A DNA stretch of 64,000 nt from Candidatus Hydrogenedentota bacterium (GCA_963668025.2 CAXXTH010000018.1:288001-352000); one strand, 5' to 3'. Positions 47,818 to 59,200 are shown, counted from the first letter of the stretch. Translations and numbers: made by a program. Notes: generated by a model not told the origin, from the sequence alone.

Positions 47818-48090
47818 GGCGAATCCCCTTTATCTAGACCGGTTTAGTTGCCCAAAAGCATATTATGCCTCACGTCATAACACTCCGCAACAGATAATTC
47901 GCAATTTCGCAATCCATCCGATAAAGCGGGGCAATACACCACCCTAACAGAACGGCATGCTCCGGATTGTTTTGAACATGAACGCCAATCGGTTTATCCT
48001 ATTTGCGGGCAGCCCGGCTGGGGTTCCGGAGAGGCTTTGTTTGGGATAGGCAACGCGCCATATCTGGCGGGAAGAAAGGCCAGCGCCATT

Positions 48091-48531
48091 GTAAAAAACC
48101 ACGCCCAGAGGACGTGGCTTTGCTTTGGCCACTCAGAGAGTGGCTGAGTGCTTGCACCCAGAGGATGCAAGCGTGGGTTGTGTTCCGCAACGCCGCTTGG
48201 TTCAATACTTCATTTTTAGCTATTCATCGTGACGTTCCGTTTCTTCCTGGAACTTCACGTACTTGCTGCCCACATAACGTTTGGATACAGGTGTAAACCT
48301 CCTTGCCCACCGGTCCCGTCAAAACCCGGTAGCAATATTTGGGAGCCCATACCATGTGATATTGGCAATACCATATCGCATATGATGATTTGCGGAAACG
48401 ACTCATTGGCATCTCCTTTTCGGTGTTGCGGAACAACACGAGTGTAGGAGATGCCGATGGGCTTAAACAGGCTGAGCCAAAGGCCCTATGACCACGTCCA
48501 AAGGACGTGGGTTTTTAGGTCGCACTAAAAC
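48091..48531 (-). mobile_element. Internally deleted IS200 copy (tnpA pseudogene)
   Basis: Near-identical to 41406-42077 but lacks about 230 bp; junction at CTTGC microhomology. Confidence 0.88.
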
Positions 48532-48868
48532 AAGAGAGCCACCTGTCTTTTTGTCCGAACATCATGGAAATGCGAGGAACTGGCGGCACAAGGTTCAAGA
48601 GGCATAAAAAACAAAGGGCCTTCTTTCGTTTTTTATGTTGTTATGGCGTATTTCATGTCTTTGTTTTAATGCGATTGCCATGGGCATATTACGTGATCGG
48701 GAAATGGAGTAGGGGACGGCTATATAGCGCCAAGGTAATCTAGGCATGCGCGCATGGGCGCGGTGGCGGGAAACCATAACAGCAACTGGATATATCATGC
48801 TGCACCCAAACGCATCGCCAGCAACACTAAAACGCCTCATTCGAGTTCACCCGTTGGAGGCCCGTTAA

Positions 48869-51118
48869 ATGCATCCACGGCCATTTTGGCACATTGCCGC
48901 GGCAGCCATCCTGCTGATGCTCTATTACCGCAACGGCGCCGCCGTTTTAGCCGCGGCGCTGCTTATCGCGCTGCATTTCATTTTTCGAGCTTTTCGTGAC
49001 CGCCCTTGGCTTTCCCGCATACTTGGAAACACCCCCACTGATAACGAAACGGCGAATGAAGAATCCATATTCTGGCTTCTATCGGGCTTCGCCGTCATGG
49101 CCGTGGCCATCGGGATGCTCGAATGCAGGCAGCCGTATTATTTCACCCAGGATGACAATCAAAACGGTTTACTGCCCGTACTGGTGGATGGCTGCCGAAG
49201 CCTTTTTTCCGGCGTTTTTCCCAACTACAATCCGCACCAGTTCATGGGCTGGTCGCCTATCAGCGAGGGTGTTTTCACCCTCACATATCCCCCCGCGTAT
49301 TTGGCGTATGGGTTCTCGCGTTTTATTTTAGGGGATGAATCGCTTACACTCGAATGCTTGGCCGTCTTCAATCTGCTCTTCGGTTTTGGAGCGGTGTATT
49401 GGGCCGCGCGGCAGTGGGGCGCTAGGCCATCCTTTGCCGCTATCGCGGGCCTTTCCTACATGCTGGCGGGCGTAACACTCATCACCGGGCGCTGCTGGCT
49501 TACCTACATGAACGTGCTGCCGTATTTTCCGCTCTTCTTCGGCCTGGCGGGGCGCATGTATTCGGGGCCAGTAGGCTGGCGCTGGGCCATCACCACCGCC
49601 GCCGCCATCGGCCTGGCCTTTCACGCCTCCTTCGTCCAGCTTTGGGCGTATGGCCTTCTGTATCTGGCCGGAGTGATCGCCGTATTGGTTCTTTTGGGCA
49701 GCGCGCCATGGCGGCGCGCATTATGGTTCATTCCCGCATGCATTCTCGGCATCGCCCTAGCGTCTCCCCTGCTCTATGTTCAATGGGCCTACGCCTCAGG
49801 AGTGAGCCGGCACCATCTCGCCAAGGGTGTCAACCTCTCGGATCTGTGGGCATTCCTGCTTCCATATCCACTTGCATCGGCCAGACATCCGCAGGGTTAC
49901 GGACTCGACCAAATCGAGCATATGGGCCAGTTTTTCTACTCTGGAACTTTGCTGTTCGCCGTTACCGCCATTGCCGCATGCAGCGCCTGCGGCGTGCGCT
50001 GGAACCGGCGCATCTTCTTGGCGAATGTATGGACGCTCGGGGCGGTCTTCGCCTTATTGACTTCGATGGGCGATAAAGGCCTTATTTGGCGCGCCATGTC
50101 GTATGCGCCGCTCCTGAACTATTTTCAAAACGCCGAACGTTTTCTGGCGTTATTCAACATATCCGTGGCGCTGGCTGGAGCGCTATTGCTCAGCCGATGG
50201 GTGGGCGCATTCCGTAACCGGCGGTGGATTGAGTGCGGTTGTTTTGTGTTAGCCGCTGCGTTATTGCTATATCATTGCTCCATCGCCACCTGCACGTTTT
50301 CATTTATTGGCGGCAAGCCATACCCCACCATGCCCGCCTACATGGCGGAGCAATTGGCGCAGCCCGATCCCCTGCGTCCGAAGCGGGTCGCCACCTTAAC
50401 GCCCTGGGACATGGTGCCCGCGTTCCGCTCGGGCGAGCCGGACTTTCCGTTGGGGTTGGATAACAACTTCGCATCAGCCTATGGCCTTTACGCCTTTCAC
50501 GGATATGACCCTCTCGTCTGGAGCCACCATTTTTATGCGGATACGGTTCGGCGCATGGCAGTGCATCATGGCGGCACATCGGGCGCGGAACGATTCGCCG
50601 AAGCGGTGCGCATCGAGGCCCAGACGCGCGATGAAATTTATAAGGCATATGGCGTCCGCTGGGCGGTTATCTATGCGCCTTTGGCGCAATATTTTCTGGA
50701 TGCCTACCCAGAACTGGCCAAGGAGCCCGCGAATCAGCCTGTGTATATTAGAACTATCGAAGGCTCCGCTCCTCTGGCCTTTTATGACGGCCATCCGGAA
50801 CAAGGCTATCCTATCCGCCTCGATGGAAGCGGCGCGCATGTCGAATTGCCGTCCAATAGCCAGGGAGGGCCGTTCATCATCAATGTGCTGGCCTGGCCAA
50901 ATTTTAGAGTTTATGCCGATGGCCATTCCGTGCCATTCTGTCCAGATGAATGGGGGCGCATGCGGCTCGAATTGCCGCCTGAAGTTAAAGAGGTGCATGC
51001 CCTATATCGTCCTCCATGGGGCCGGGGATTTGCGCTCATGGCCGTGCTTTTGGCTCTCGGCGCATGCTGGATGTACAGGCAGCATCACAGCGAGACGCGA
51101 AACGCTTCGACGCCTTAG
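48869..51118 (+). CDS. YfhO-like / GT-C polytopic membrane protein
   Basis: QDDN loop, FPNYNPHQFMG, YPP, many TM, ERF, GYDPL, C-terminal YRPP + TM. Confidence 0.65.
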   Translation: MHPRPFWHIAAAAILLMLYYRNGAAVLAAALLIALHFIFRAFRDRPWLSRILGNTPTDNETANEESIFWLLSGFAVMAVAIGMLECRQPYYFTQDDNQNGLLPVLVDGCRSLFSGVFPNYNPHQFMGWSPISEGVFTLTYPPAYLAYGFSRFILGDESLTLECLAVFNLLFGFGAVYWAARQWGARPSFAAIAGLSYMLAGVTLITGRCWLTYMNVLPYFPLFFGLAGRMYSGPVGWRWAITTAAAIGLAFHASFVQLWAYGLLYLAGVIAVLVLLGSAPWRRALWFIPACILGIALASPLLYVQWAYASGVSRHHLAKGVNLSDLWAFLLPYPLASARHPQGYGLDQIEHMGQFFYSGTLLFAVTAIAACSACGVRWNRRIFLANVWTLGAVFALLTSMGDKGLIWRAMSYAPLLNYFQNAERFLALFNISVALAGALLLSRWVGAFRNRRWIECGCFVLAAALLLYHCSIATCTFSFIGGKPYPTMPAYMAEQLAQPDPLRPKRVATLTPWDMVPAFRSGEPDFPLGLDNNFASAYGLYAFHGYDPLVWSHHFYADTVRRMAVHHGGTSGAERFAEAVRIEAQTRDEIYKAYGVRWAVIYAPLAQYFLDAYPELAKEPANQPVYIRTIEGSAPLAFYDGHPEQGYPIRLDGSGAHVELPSNSQGGPFIINVLAWPNFRVYADGHSVPFCPDEWGRMRLELPPEVKEVHALYRPPWGRGFALMAVLLALGACWMYRQHHSETRNASTP

Positions 51119-51163
51119 CTTGCCTCGCTAAATGACAATAACTCGTGTGGAAAGGGCCTGTAT

Positions 51164-52966
51164 ATGAGATTTATTGTCCTAGCATCAATAACAACTATAT
51201 GCGTGGTCCAGAGCCTATCGGCGATGGCCTCGGACTTGGTGAAAAACGGCAAATCCGATTACTCCATCATTGTGGCGTCTGGTGCGATCCTTCCCGAACA
51301 AACCGCCGCGAAAGAATTACAATCCCACCTGAAGGCCGCAATGGGTGTTTTGCTTCCGATTCTCGAAGAAGACGCGGCAGCTTCGCCGGAAAACAAAATC
51401 ATCATCGGGCAATCAAAGCGCCTGGCCGCCACATTTCCGGAGTTGGAACTGGCGGCGCTCAAGCACGACGGCATTGTCATGAAATCCGATGGCTCCACCT
51501 TGTTCCTCGCAGGTGGGTGCCCCCGAGGCTCTTTGTACGCGGTCTATACGTTTCTGGAGGAAGTGGTGGGCTGCCACTGGTGGACCTCGACCGAGAGCTA
51601 CATCCCTCAAATCAAGCAGATGGAAATGCCTATTTTGGACAAGGTCTACACCCCCGCGCTGTTGTACCGGGAATCATTTTACCTCGATGCATTCGATGGA
51701 GTATTCGCGGCGCGCAGCAAGTGCAACGGGAATTTCTGCGAGATCACCCCGGAATACGGCGGCCATTACAGCATCTTGGGCTGGTGCCATACGTTCTACA
51801 AGCTTCTGCCGCCGGATACGTATTTCAACGAGCATCCCGAATGGTATAGCGAAGTTAATGGGAAGCGGACCAGTGAACACGCGCAGTTGTGTCTCACCAA
51901 TGAGGCCATGCGGGCTGAACTCACGAAGAATGCATTGGAATGGATTCGAAAAGAGCCTACGTCGGGTATGATCTCCATTTCACAGAACGATGCAGCAGCA
52001 ACCGATTATTTGGGCATTTGCCAATGTCCTGCTTGCGCGGCCATCGAGAAAGAAGAAGGCGGCCCTTCCGGCCTGCTTCTACGGTTTGTGAACGCCGTGG
52101 CGGAGGACATCCAGAAGGAGTATCCGGATATGCTGGTGGAAACGCTGGCGTATCAATTTACGATCGGCGCGCCCCGCATTACGCGCCCTCGAGAGAATGT
52201 GGTGATTCGGTTCTGCTCGGGTTTCACCAAACCCCTGGCGACGGATCCGGTCAACGCGGATTTCTGCCGGGAAATCCAGGCGTGGAGCGACATAGCGCCC
52301 AGGCTTTACAACTGGGATTATGTCACTAATTTTGCCAGATATCTCCTTCCTCATCCGAATTGGAAGGCCCTTGCCCCCAATATTCGCTTTTTTATCGCCC
52401 ACAATAGCATCGGATTGTTTGAACAGGGCGATTACGGCTCTACTTGCGGCGACTTTGTCCAGCTTCGCGCATGGCTGCTGGCCCATCTTATGTGGGAGCC
52501 TTCCCGCGATCAGGACGCCCTGATTAATGAGTTCCTCGATGGATACTATGGCCCAGCCGCCTGGCCTCTACGGCAATATATTGATTTAATGTCGGACGCT
52601 CTATCAAAGGATAATGATCAACTACTGTATGCTATGCATACGACTTCGCCATGGCTGGTTCTAGATGATTTAAACGTTGCTGAGGCGCTATTCGATCAAG
52701 CGGAACAAGCGGTCCAGCATGATGAAACACTAGCAAGGCGCGTGCGCCGGGCGCGCTTGCCGCTCACCTACGCATGGCTGAACCGGTATTCCGAATTCGT
52801 AAAAACCGCGCATCAACAAAACAAACCTTTCGCAGGCCCCCAAGACCCCTCTGCCGCCAGCCGGGATTTCATTGAGGCTTGCCAGGAATTTAAGTGCAAA
52901 GAATTCGCGGAAGCCAATCCGCTTGAGAACCTGGCGAAGGAGCTGAAAACGCAATTTAACAAATAA
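51164..52966 (+). CDS. DUF4838-family secreted protein, paralog 1
   Basis: Signal peptide; GH67-N-like AAKELQ..., RGSLYAVYTFLE; HPEWY, QLCLTN, WDY. Confidence 0.8.
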   Translation: MRFIVLASITTICVVQSLSAMASDLVKNGKSDYSIIVASGAILPEQTAAKELQSHLKAAMGVLLPILEEDAAASPENKIIIGQSKRLAATFPELELAALKHDGIVMKSDGSTLFLAGGCPRGSLYAVYTFLEEVVGCHWWTSTESYIPQIKQMEMPILDKVYTPALLYRESFYLDAFDGVFAARSKCNGNFCEITPEYGGHYSILGWCHTFYKLLPPDTYFNEHPEWYSEVNGKRTSEHAQLCLTNEAMRAELTKNALEWIRKEPTSGMISISQNDAAATDYLGICQCPACAAIEKEEGGPSGLLLRFVNAVAEDIQKEYPDMLVETLAYQFTIGAPRITRPRENVVIRFCSGFTKPLATDPVNADFCREIQAWSDIAPRLYNWDYVTNFARYLLPHPNWKALAPNIRFFIAHNSIGLFEQGDYGSTCGDFVQLRAWLLAHLMWEPSRDQDALINEFLDGYYGPAAWPLRQYIDLMSDALSKDNDQLLYAMHTTSPWLVLDDLNVAEALFDQAEQAVQHDETLARRVRRARLPLTYAWLNRYSEFVKTAHQQNKPFAGPQDPSAASRDFIEACQEFKCKEFAEANPLENLAKELKTQFNK

Positions 52967-53061
52967 AAACAGACGTTTCATTACCTTAAAATGTATTCTA
53001 AGACTCTTGGCCTCCATTGTAAAAAATCGTGCGCGTGGTAACGTAAGAAAGGAACGAAAGA

Positions 53062-54855
53062 ATGCGATACATTTCGTTGAGCGGGATTGCTGCTATTCTC
53101 TTGTGCCAGAGTGTATCCGCTCTGGCGGCGGATTTAGTGAAAAACGGCAAATCAGATTTCGTCATTGTGTTGGCGTCTGGGGCGATTCCCCCTGAACAAA
53201 CCGCCGCAAAGGAACTACAGTCCCACTTAGAAGCCTCGACGGGCGTTCTGCTGCCGATTCTCGAAGAAGACACGGCAGCATCATCGGAAAACCAAATCAT
53301 CGTCGGTCAATCGAAACGCCTGGCCGCCGCATTCCCGGAGTTGGATCTAGCGGCGCTCAAGCGCGATGGCATCGTCATGAAGTCAGATGGCTCGACGGTC
53401 TTTTTGGCGGGCGGACGCCCCCGAGGTTCTTTGTATGCCGTCTATACGTTTCTCGAAGAAGTGATTGGCTGCCGCTGGTGGACCTCCACGGAGAGCTATA
53501 CTCCTAAAATCAAGCATATGGAAATGCCTGCTTTGGACAATGTGTATGCGCCCGCGCTGTTGTATCGTGAATCCTTTTACCGCGATGCATTCGATGGCGT
53601 ATTCGCGGCGCGCAGCAAGTGCAACGGGAATTTCTGCAAAATCACACCCGAATACGGCGGCCATTACAGTATCTTGGGCTGGTGCCATACGTTCTATCAA
53701 TTGCTACCGCCGGACAAATATTTAAGCGAACATCCCGAATGGTATAGCGAAATCGATGGCAAACGGACCAGCGACCATGCGCAGTTATGCCTCACCAACG
53801 AGGCCATGCGCGCCGAACTCACCAAGAATGCACTGGAATGGATCCGGAAAGACCCCACCGCAGGCATCATCTCCATCTCACAAAATGACTGGTTCGGCAA
53901 TTGCCAATGCCCCACCTGTGCAGCCATCGAAAAAGAAGAAGGCAGCCCTTCCGGATTGCTATTGCGTTTCGTGAATGCCGTGGCGGAGGACATTCAGAAA
54001 GAGTTCCCAGACATGCTGGTGGAAACGCTGGCGTATCAATACACGCGCCCCGCGCCCCGCATCACCAAGCCTCGGGATAACGTCGTCATTCGGCTCTGCT
54101 CGATCGAGTGCAATTTCTCGAAAACCCTGGGAACGGACCCGAGCAACGCCGATTTCCGCCGTGACATCGAGTCATGGAGCGCGATCTCGCCTCAACTCTA
54201 CAACTGGGATTATGTCACTAATTTTGCCGAATACCTCCTTCCCCATCCCAACTGGAAAGTTCTCGCCTCCAATATCCGCTTCTATACGGCTAATCATTGC
54301 ATCGGATTATTCGAGCAGGGCGACGCGGGTTCTTCATGCGGCGATTTTATCGAGCTTCGCGCTTGGCTGCTGTCCCATCTGATGTGGCAGCCCTCGCGCG
54401 ATCCTGACGCCCTGATCAATGAATTTCTCACGGGATACTATGGCCCAGCCGCTTGGCCCCTCCGCCAGTACATCGACCTCATGTCGGACACCGGTTCCAA
54501 GGCGAATATTGATCTGCGCTGTTTCATGAAAACAACTTCGTCCTGGTTGACGCTTGATGCGCTGAACACCGCTGAGGCGTTGTTTGATGAAGCGGAGCAT
54601 GCGGTCCGAAAAGATAAAATCCTTGCGCAACGAGTACGCCGGGCGCGTTTGCCCCTCACCTACGCCTGGCTGAACCGGTATGACGAATTGGTGCAAGCGG
54701 CGCATCAACAAAACAAACCGTTCGCAGGCCCTCAAGACCCCGCCGCCGCCAGCCGGGATTTCATTCGGGCATGCGAAGAGTTTCAATGCAAGGAATACGC
54801 GGAGGGGAATCCATTAGGAAATCTTGCGCGGGAGCTAAAGGATCATTTCAAATGA
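53062..54855 (+). CDS. DUF4838-family secreted protein, paralog 2
   Basis: Collinear, highly similar to paralog 1. Confidence 0.8.
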   Translation: MRYISLSGIAAILLCQSVSALAADLVKNGKSDFVIVLASGAIPPEQTAAKELQSHLEASTGVLLPILEEDTAASSENQIIVGQSKRLAAAFPELDLAALKRDGIVMKSDGSTVFLAGGRPRGSLYAVYTFLEEVIGCRWWTSTESYTPKIKHMEMPALDNVYAPALLYRESFYRDAFDGVFAARSKCNGNFCKITPEYGGHYSILGWCHTFYQLLPPDKYLSEHPEWYSEIDGKRTSDHAQLCLTNEAMRAELTKNALEWIRKDPTAGIISISQNDWFGNCQCPTCAAIEKEEGSPSGLLLRFVNAVAEDIQKEFPDMLVETLAYQYTRPAPRITKPRDNVVIRLCSIECNFSKTLGTDPSNADFRRDIESWSAISPQLYNWDYVTNFAEYLLPHPNWKVLASNIRFYTANHCIGLFEQGDAGSSCGDFIELRAWLLSHLMWQPSRDPDALINEFLTGYYGPAAWPLRQYIDLMSDTGSKANIDLRCFMKTTSSWLTLDALNTAEALFDEAEHAVRKDKILAQRVRRARLPLTYAWLNRYDELVQAAHQQNKPFAGPQDPAAASRDFIRACEEFQCKEYAEGNPLGNLARELKDHFK

Positions 54856-55493
54856 ATTCTGCTATGTGGCATGTAAATATCATGGCAGACCATGCTTGAT
54901 ATTGAGTATGGAATACCAATATCATCTAGAAAAACTACAAGGTAAATATATATATGATTATCGCGCCTTAAATGTAAAAAATCGCATTTTGCTCTTTAAT
55001 ATTATTTTATGTAACAGATGTGCTATATAGCGTTCAAGTTCGTATGCATATCGAGTTGCTAAAGTATGGAGCCGAACAAATGACATCAGATGGGAACGAC
55101 GACAATTTTCAGAGCGTTGTCAAGGGACAATTGCCAGGCGCAGAGCTTGTTATCGGACTTGTTGGTCCTGTAGGAGCAAATCTGAGGTGCCTAGTACAAG
55201 ATCTGACCAAGTGCCTCCAAAAATACGAATACCATGCTGAGGAAATTCACATATCCGATCTGATAAAGAATCTTGCCGAGATTCCGGCACATGATGTCAA
55301 TAGTGAATTTCAACGCACCAATGCCTTAATGACCGCTGGAGACAATGCTCGTAAAAATACCGCTAACAACGCGGTATTGGCGCTTGCAACCGTTTATCAG
55401 ATTTATTCAAAACGACTTGTACAAAATGGAAAAGTTCAACCCCAGCCAAGGCAAGCATATATCATAAACTCACTTAAACATCCAGATGAAGTA

Positions 55494-57315
55494 GAGGCAT
55501 TTGCGAAATAAAGAAAATCCGTATTGACAAGGGTTTACAAAGCGGCGGAATTGGCGCCTACCCCGGAGAATGCGGGGAAAGGGGCTTGGCGGGGGCATGA
55601 ATAAGGATTTTTTGTGAAAAATCACCCCAAATGCCCTCGGCGAGCGGGAAAAGGCGTAACGTCTCCCGTGTGTGATTGTAGTATAGTTGACCACATAACC
55701 ACGCACACACCAAGGAGACGTTTGCGATGGCCATTATACACCAAATGGGGTTGTTCTCGTGGAACCAGGTCGACGCGGCGTCGGATCTGGATCGGCTGAA
55801 CCTGTTGCTGGCGGCGCTGCCGGATGAAGATTTGATGCGGGCGATGGAAGCCGAACGCAAGGGGCGGCGCGACGATTATCCTATCCGCGCGATGTGGAAC
55901 AGCATACTGGCGGGGATCGTCTTCCAGCACGACGGCGTCGAAAGCCTGCGCCGCGAACTAGCCCGAAACGGGCAATTGCGCCAGTTGTGCGGATTCGACG
56001 TGTTGCGGGGCGCCAAGGCGGTCCCGCCCGAATGGGTGTACACGCGGTTCTTCGCCAGATTACTGCGCCACTGGAAAGAAGTGGACCGGATGTTCGACGC
56101 GCTCATCGTCCGGCTGATGGAACGCTTGCCGGATCTCGGGGTGCGTCTGGCCGTAGACTCGAAAGCCATCCAAACCCACGCCAAGCCTCCGCGCAAAGAC
56201 GCGGTCCTGGAAAACGAAGAGCCGGACGGGCGGCGCGACCGCGACGCAGACTGGGGCACGAAAACCTACAAGGGCGTTCACAAGGACGGCACGCCCTGGG
56301 AGAAGGTCAAACGGTGGTTCGGCTACAAGCTGCACCTCATCGTGGACACGAAATATGAATTGCCGCTGGGCTACGCGGTCACGAAAGCCAGCGCCAACGA
56401 CTCGCCCTTTCTGCTGCCCCTCGTGGCGGCTCTCGACGCGCGCCACCCCGAACTCGTCCAACGCGCCGAGTACCTCAGCGCCGACAAGGGCTATGATTCC
56501 GAAGCCAACAACAAGGGCCTCTTCGAGGAACATGAAATCCGGCCCATCGTGGACATCCGGGCGACCTGGAAAGAAGAACCGGAACGGCCCCGCCCTTTAT
56601 ATCCCGAACGGGTAGACACGATCTTCCATACCGAACGAGGTGAAGTCCTCTGCCGGTGTCGTAACGGCGCCCCAAACGAACGCGACAACTATGATTCCAT
56701 GGCCTACCAAGGATTCGAGCAAGATCGGGGAACCTTGAAATACCGTTGCCCAGCCAAGGCACGCGGGAGCGCCTGTACCCAGCAAGACCTCTGCAACCAA
56801 GGATGCCAGCCCGAACACGGACGGATTGTCCGCGTGCCCATCGCTATCGACCGGCGCATCTTTACCCCCCTGCCCCGCAGCGCCAAATCCTGGCGCCGCG
56901 AATACAAACACCGCACCGCCATCGAGCGAGTCAACAGCCGACTCGACGGCGCATACGGATTCGAGCGCCACTACATCCGCGGTATGAAAAAGATGCGCGC
57001 CCGCACCGGATTAGCCCTCCTCGTCATGCTCGGCATGGCCCTGGGATGGCTCGAAGCCGGCCAGGCAGAACGCATGCGCTCGCTCCTCGGACAGCCCCGC
57101 GCCGCATAGATCACATCGAATCCGCACAAGCAATGATGGCCCGAATCAAGGGCAAACCATGCCCATTCGGGCCGCAAGGGTCCTACACGCGAACCTCCTG
57201 CATGATTTATTGCACCCGTAGCGGAGGCGTAATCCCATTGCCACAGGCGAAAACCGCTCCGCGTGTGCCCGCACCGTCCGCGCGTTCGCAAACCACGCTA
57301 TTTCGCAAATGCCTC
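55494..57315 (+). mobile_element. IS5/IS1182-like IS
   Basis: 17-bp perfect TIR GAGGCATTTGCGAAATA; 6-bp TSD GAAGTA at 55488-55493 and 57316-57321. Confidence 0.92.
55727..57109 (+). CDS. DDE transposase (DUF772 + DDE_Tnp_1 type)
   Basis: VDS, WFGYKLHL, ADKGYD, YKHRTAIERVN; AAGGAG RBS. Confidence 0.92.
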   Translation: MAIIHQMGLFSWNQVDAASDLDRLNLLLAALPDEDLMRAMEAERKGRRDDYPIRAMWNSILAGIVFQHDGVESLRRELARNGQLRQLCGFDVLRGAKAVPPEWVYTRFFARLLRHWKEVDRMFDALIVRLMERLPDLGVRLAVDSKAIQTHAKPPRKDAVLENEEPDGRRDRDADWGTKTYKGVHKDGTPWEKVKRWFGYKLHLIVDTKYELPLGYAVTKASANDSPFLLPLVAALDARHPELVQRAEYLSADKGYDSEANNKGLFEEHEIRPIVDIRATWKEEPERPRPLYPERVDTIFHTERGEVLCRCRNGAPNERDNYDSMAYQGFEQDRGTLKYRCPAKARGSACTQQDLCNQGCQPEHGRIVRVPIAIDRRIFTPLPRSAKSWRREYKHRTAIERVNSRLDGAYGFERHYIRGMKKMRARTGLALLVMLGMALGWLEAGQAERMRSLLGQPRAA

Positions 57316-58755
57316 GAAGTAAATGCAATCCGCAGAATCTATGGTAATGGCTTTTTCCTTCTAGGTGTCTATGTGGACCCACAAGTACGTAAGCATCTTC
57401 TTCAGCGAAGTAATAGAGGTATGTCTGAGGAAGAAGCACTCAAGCTTATGTTCCGCGATGAATCGGAAGGGCCAGACTATGGGCAACGCACAAGGGATAC
57501 ATACCACCTAAGTGATTTTTTCGTTCTTCTTGAAGATGGCGATGAAAGCAAGGTCAAGAGAACACAGGCTGCTCTTGAACGTTTTCTAGATATCATCTTT
57601 GCCGATCCATATAGAACACCTCTGTTCGATGAGTATGCGATGTTCATGGCTTTTGCCGCCGCGACTCGTTCGGCAGACCTTTCGCGTCAGATCGGTGCGG
57701 TGATAGCACGAGACGACGAGATTATTGCCACGGGAGCAAACGACTGCCCACGATCAGGAGGTGGAACTTATTGGCCACATCTAGATGATAATGGCCAAGT
57801 TGTTGATTTTCCTGATGGCCGGGATTATCTGCGAGGAGAGGACAGGAATGATATTGAAAAAGCACGAATTATAAATGATGCGATAAAAGCAATGAGAGAT
57901 GCCTTGGAGAAAAATGACAAGGAGGCCCATGCCGAAGAAGAATGGCTAATACTACGAAGAGCTTTGGAGTCAAGCACAATAGATGACATCACGGAATTCG
58001 GGCGTGTGGTGCATGCGGAAATGGATGCTCTTCTGGCGTGCGCTAGAAATAACATCAGTTGTCAAAATGCTATACTTTACACAACGACATTTCCCTGCCA
58101 CAATTGCGCAAAGCATATCATCGCCGCAGGGATTAAGCGAGTCGTATACGTGGAGCCATATCCGAAAAGTAAGGCTCTGGATTTTCATAATGACTCTGCT
58201 TGTTTGGGCTTTGTTACCGTCAATCGCGAGGAAAATAATAAAGTAATCTTCGAACCGTTTGTAGGTGTCGGACCACGTCGTTTTTTTGATCTTTTCTCGA
58301 TGAAACAAGGCTCTGGATACCCCATAAGACGAAAAAATAAAACTACTGGAAAGACATTGCAGTGGGAGGCAAAAGATGGCAAAATGAGGGTGCCGGAATT
58401 GCCTTGGAGCTATCTCGAAAGGGAAGAGATAACCACAAATATTATGAAGCGGTATTGGAAGGTGATGGATCATGAGCAACAAAGAGATGACCAGCCGGGA
58501 CGAAATACAAGTGACGCAATTGAAACCGACTCTGCAGGAAATGCAAGCAGCAATGAAGAGGGCATCTGACAATGCGAAATCGTGGGTAGTCTGGCAGGAT
58601 AAAAAGGTGTCCACTCACACTAAATCCCAAAGCAAATAGCAATTTCAGAGAATCATTCATTAGCGCCGTCACACGAAAAAGCGTCTGGCGGCGTTTTTAA
58701 ATAAATCCGATTATAAAGAGCAGAATCTACAATTTAGCGCAGCCAAAACAAACTA

Positions 58756-58795
58756 GGGAAACCCGCCTATCTGGGGGCTTCCCTTTTTAAAAAAA
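58756..58795. terminator. Intrinsic terminator-like hairpin between deaminase and flgM
   Basis: AGGGAAACCC...GGGCTTCCCT followed by T and A runs. Confidence 0.5.
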
Positions 58796-58809
58796 CGTAG
58801 TGCGTTCGC

Positions 58810-59106
58810 CTATTCGAAAAACTTCATGAGATTCTGGGCCAACTGCTGGAGAATCTCCGGTTGTTTATAACTGCCATTCTCGATATTCTGCTTTGCGGCG
58901 GCGACGCGGTCCGCACGGACATCCGTGCTCGATTTCGCTACTTGTACATACTGGGCTGCCGTAGCGGCCTCTTGAGCTGCTGAACTAAAGCCTACTTGAT
59001 CCGACGATGTGGTCGTTAACGATTCATCCCGCTTCCGATCACGTATACTCGCTGGCCGCTCTTGCACAGGCTCAGGAATTCCACTAATCCCTTGTATCCC
59101 AGCCAT
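58810..59106 (-). CDS. flgM: Anti-sigma28 factor FlgM
   Basis: DQVGFS, DVRADRVAAAKQNIENGSY motif; sigma28 promoter upstream. Confidence 0.85.
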   Translation of the reverse strand: MAGIQGISGIPEPVQERPASIRDRKRDESLTTTSSDQVGFSSAAQEAATAAQYVQVAKSSTDVRADRVAAAKQNIENGSYKQPEILQQLAQNLMKFFE

Positions 59107-59173
59107 AATCACTCTCCTTTGGGCGTGGTTGGCATCCGTGCCGAACACCCAATCCTTATTCTCTTAATACGTA

Positions 59174-59200
59174 TTATCGACGGATCCGGCCAAAACTTTA
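59174..59200 (-). promoter_or_regulatory. Sigma28 (FliA) promoter
   Basis: Minus strand TAAAGTTT-N11-GTCGATAA (consensus TAAAGTTT-N11-GCCGATAA). Confidence 0.88.

Larger units (their letters stand above)
55080..58569 (+). pseudogene. Anti-phage dCTP/dCMP deaminase (P-loop kinase + deaminase, AvcD-like) interrupted by IS
   Basis: ELVIGLVGPVG, SLKHPDEV|NAIRRIYG; SADLSRQIGA, HAEMDA, PCHNCAK, YVEPYPKS. Confidence 0.88.

Noticed and set aside
56746-57315. N-terminal extension of the 607-aa deaminase ORF
   Set aside because: Derived from IS sequence; the true N-terminus is 55080-55493
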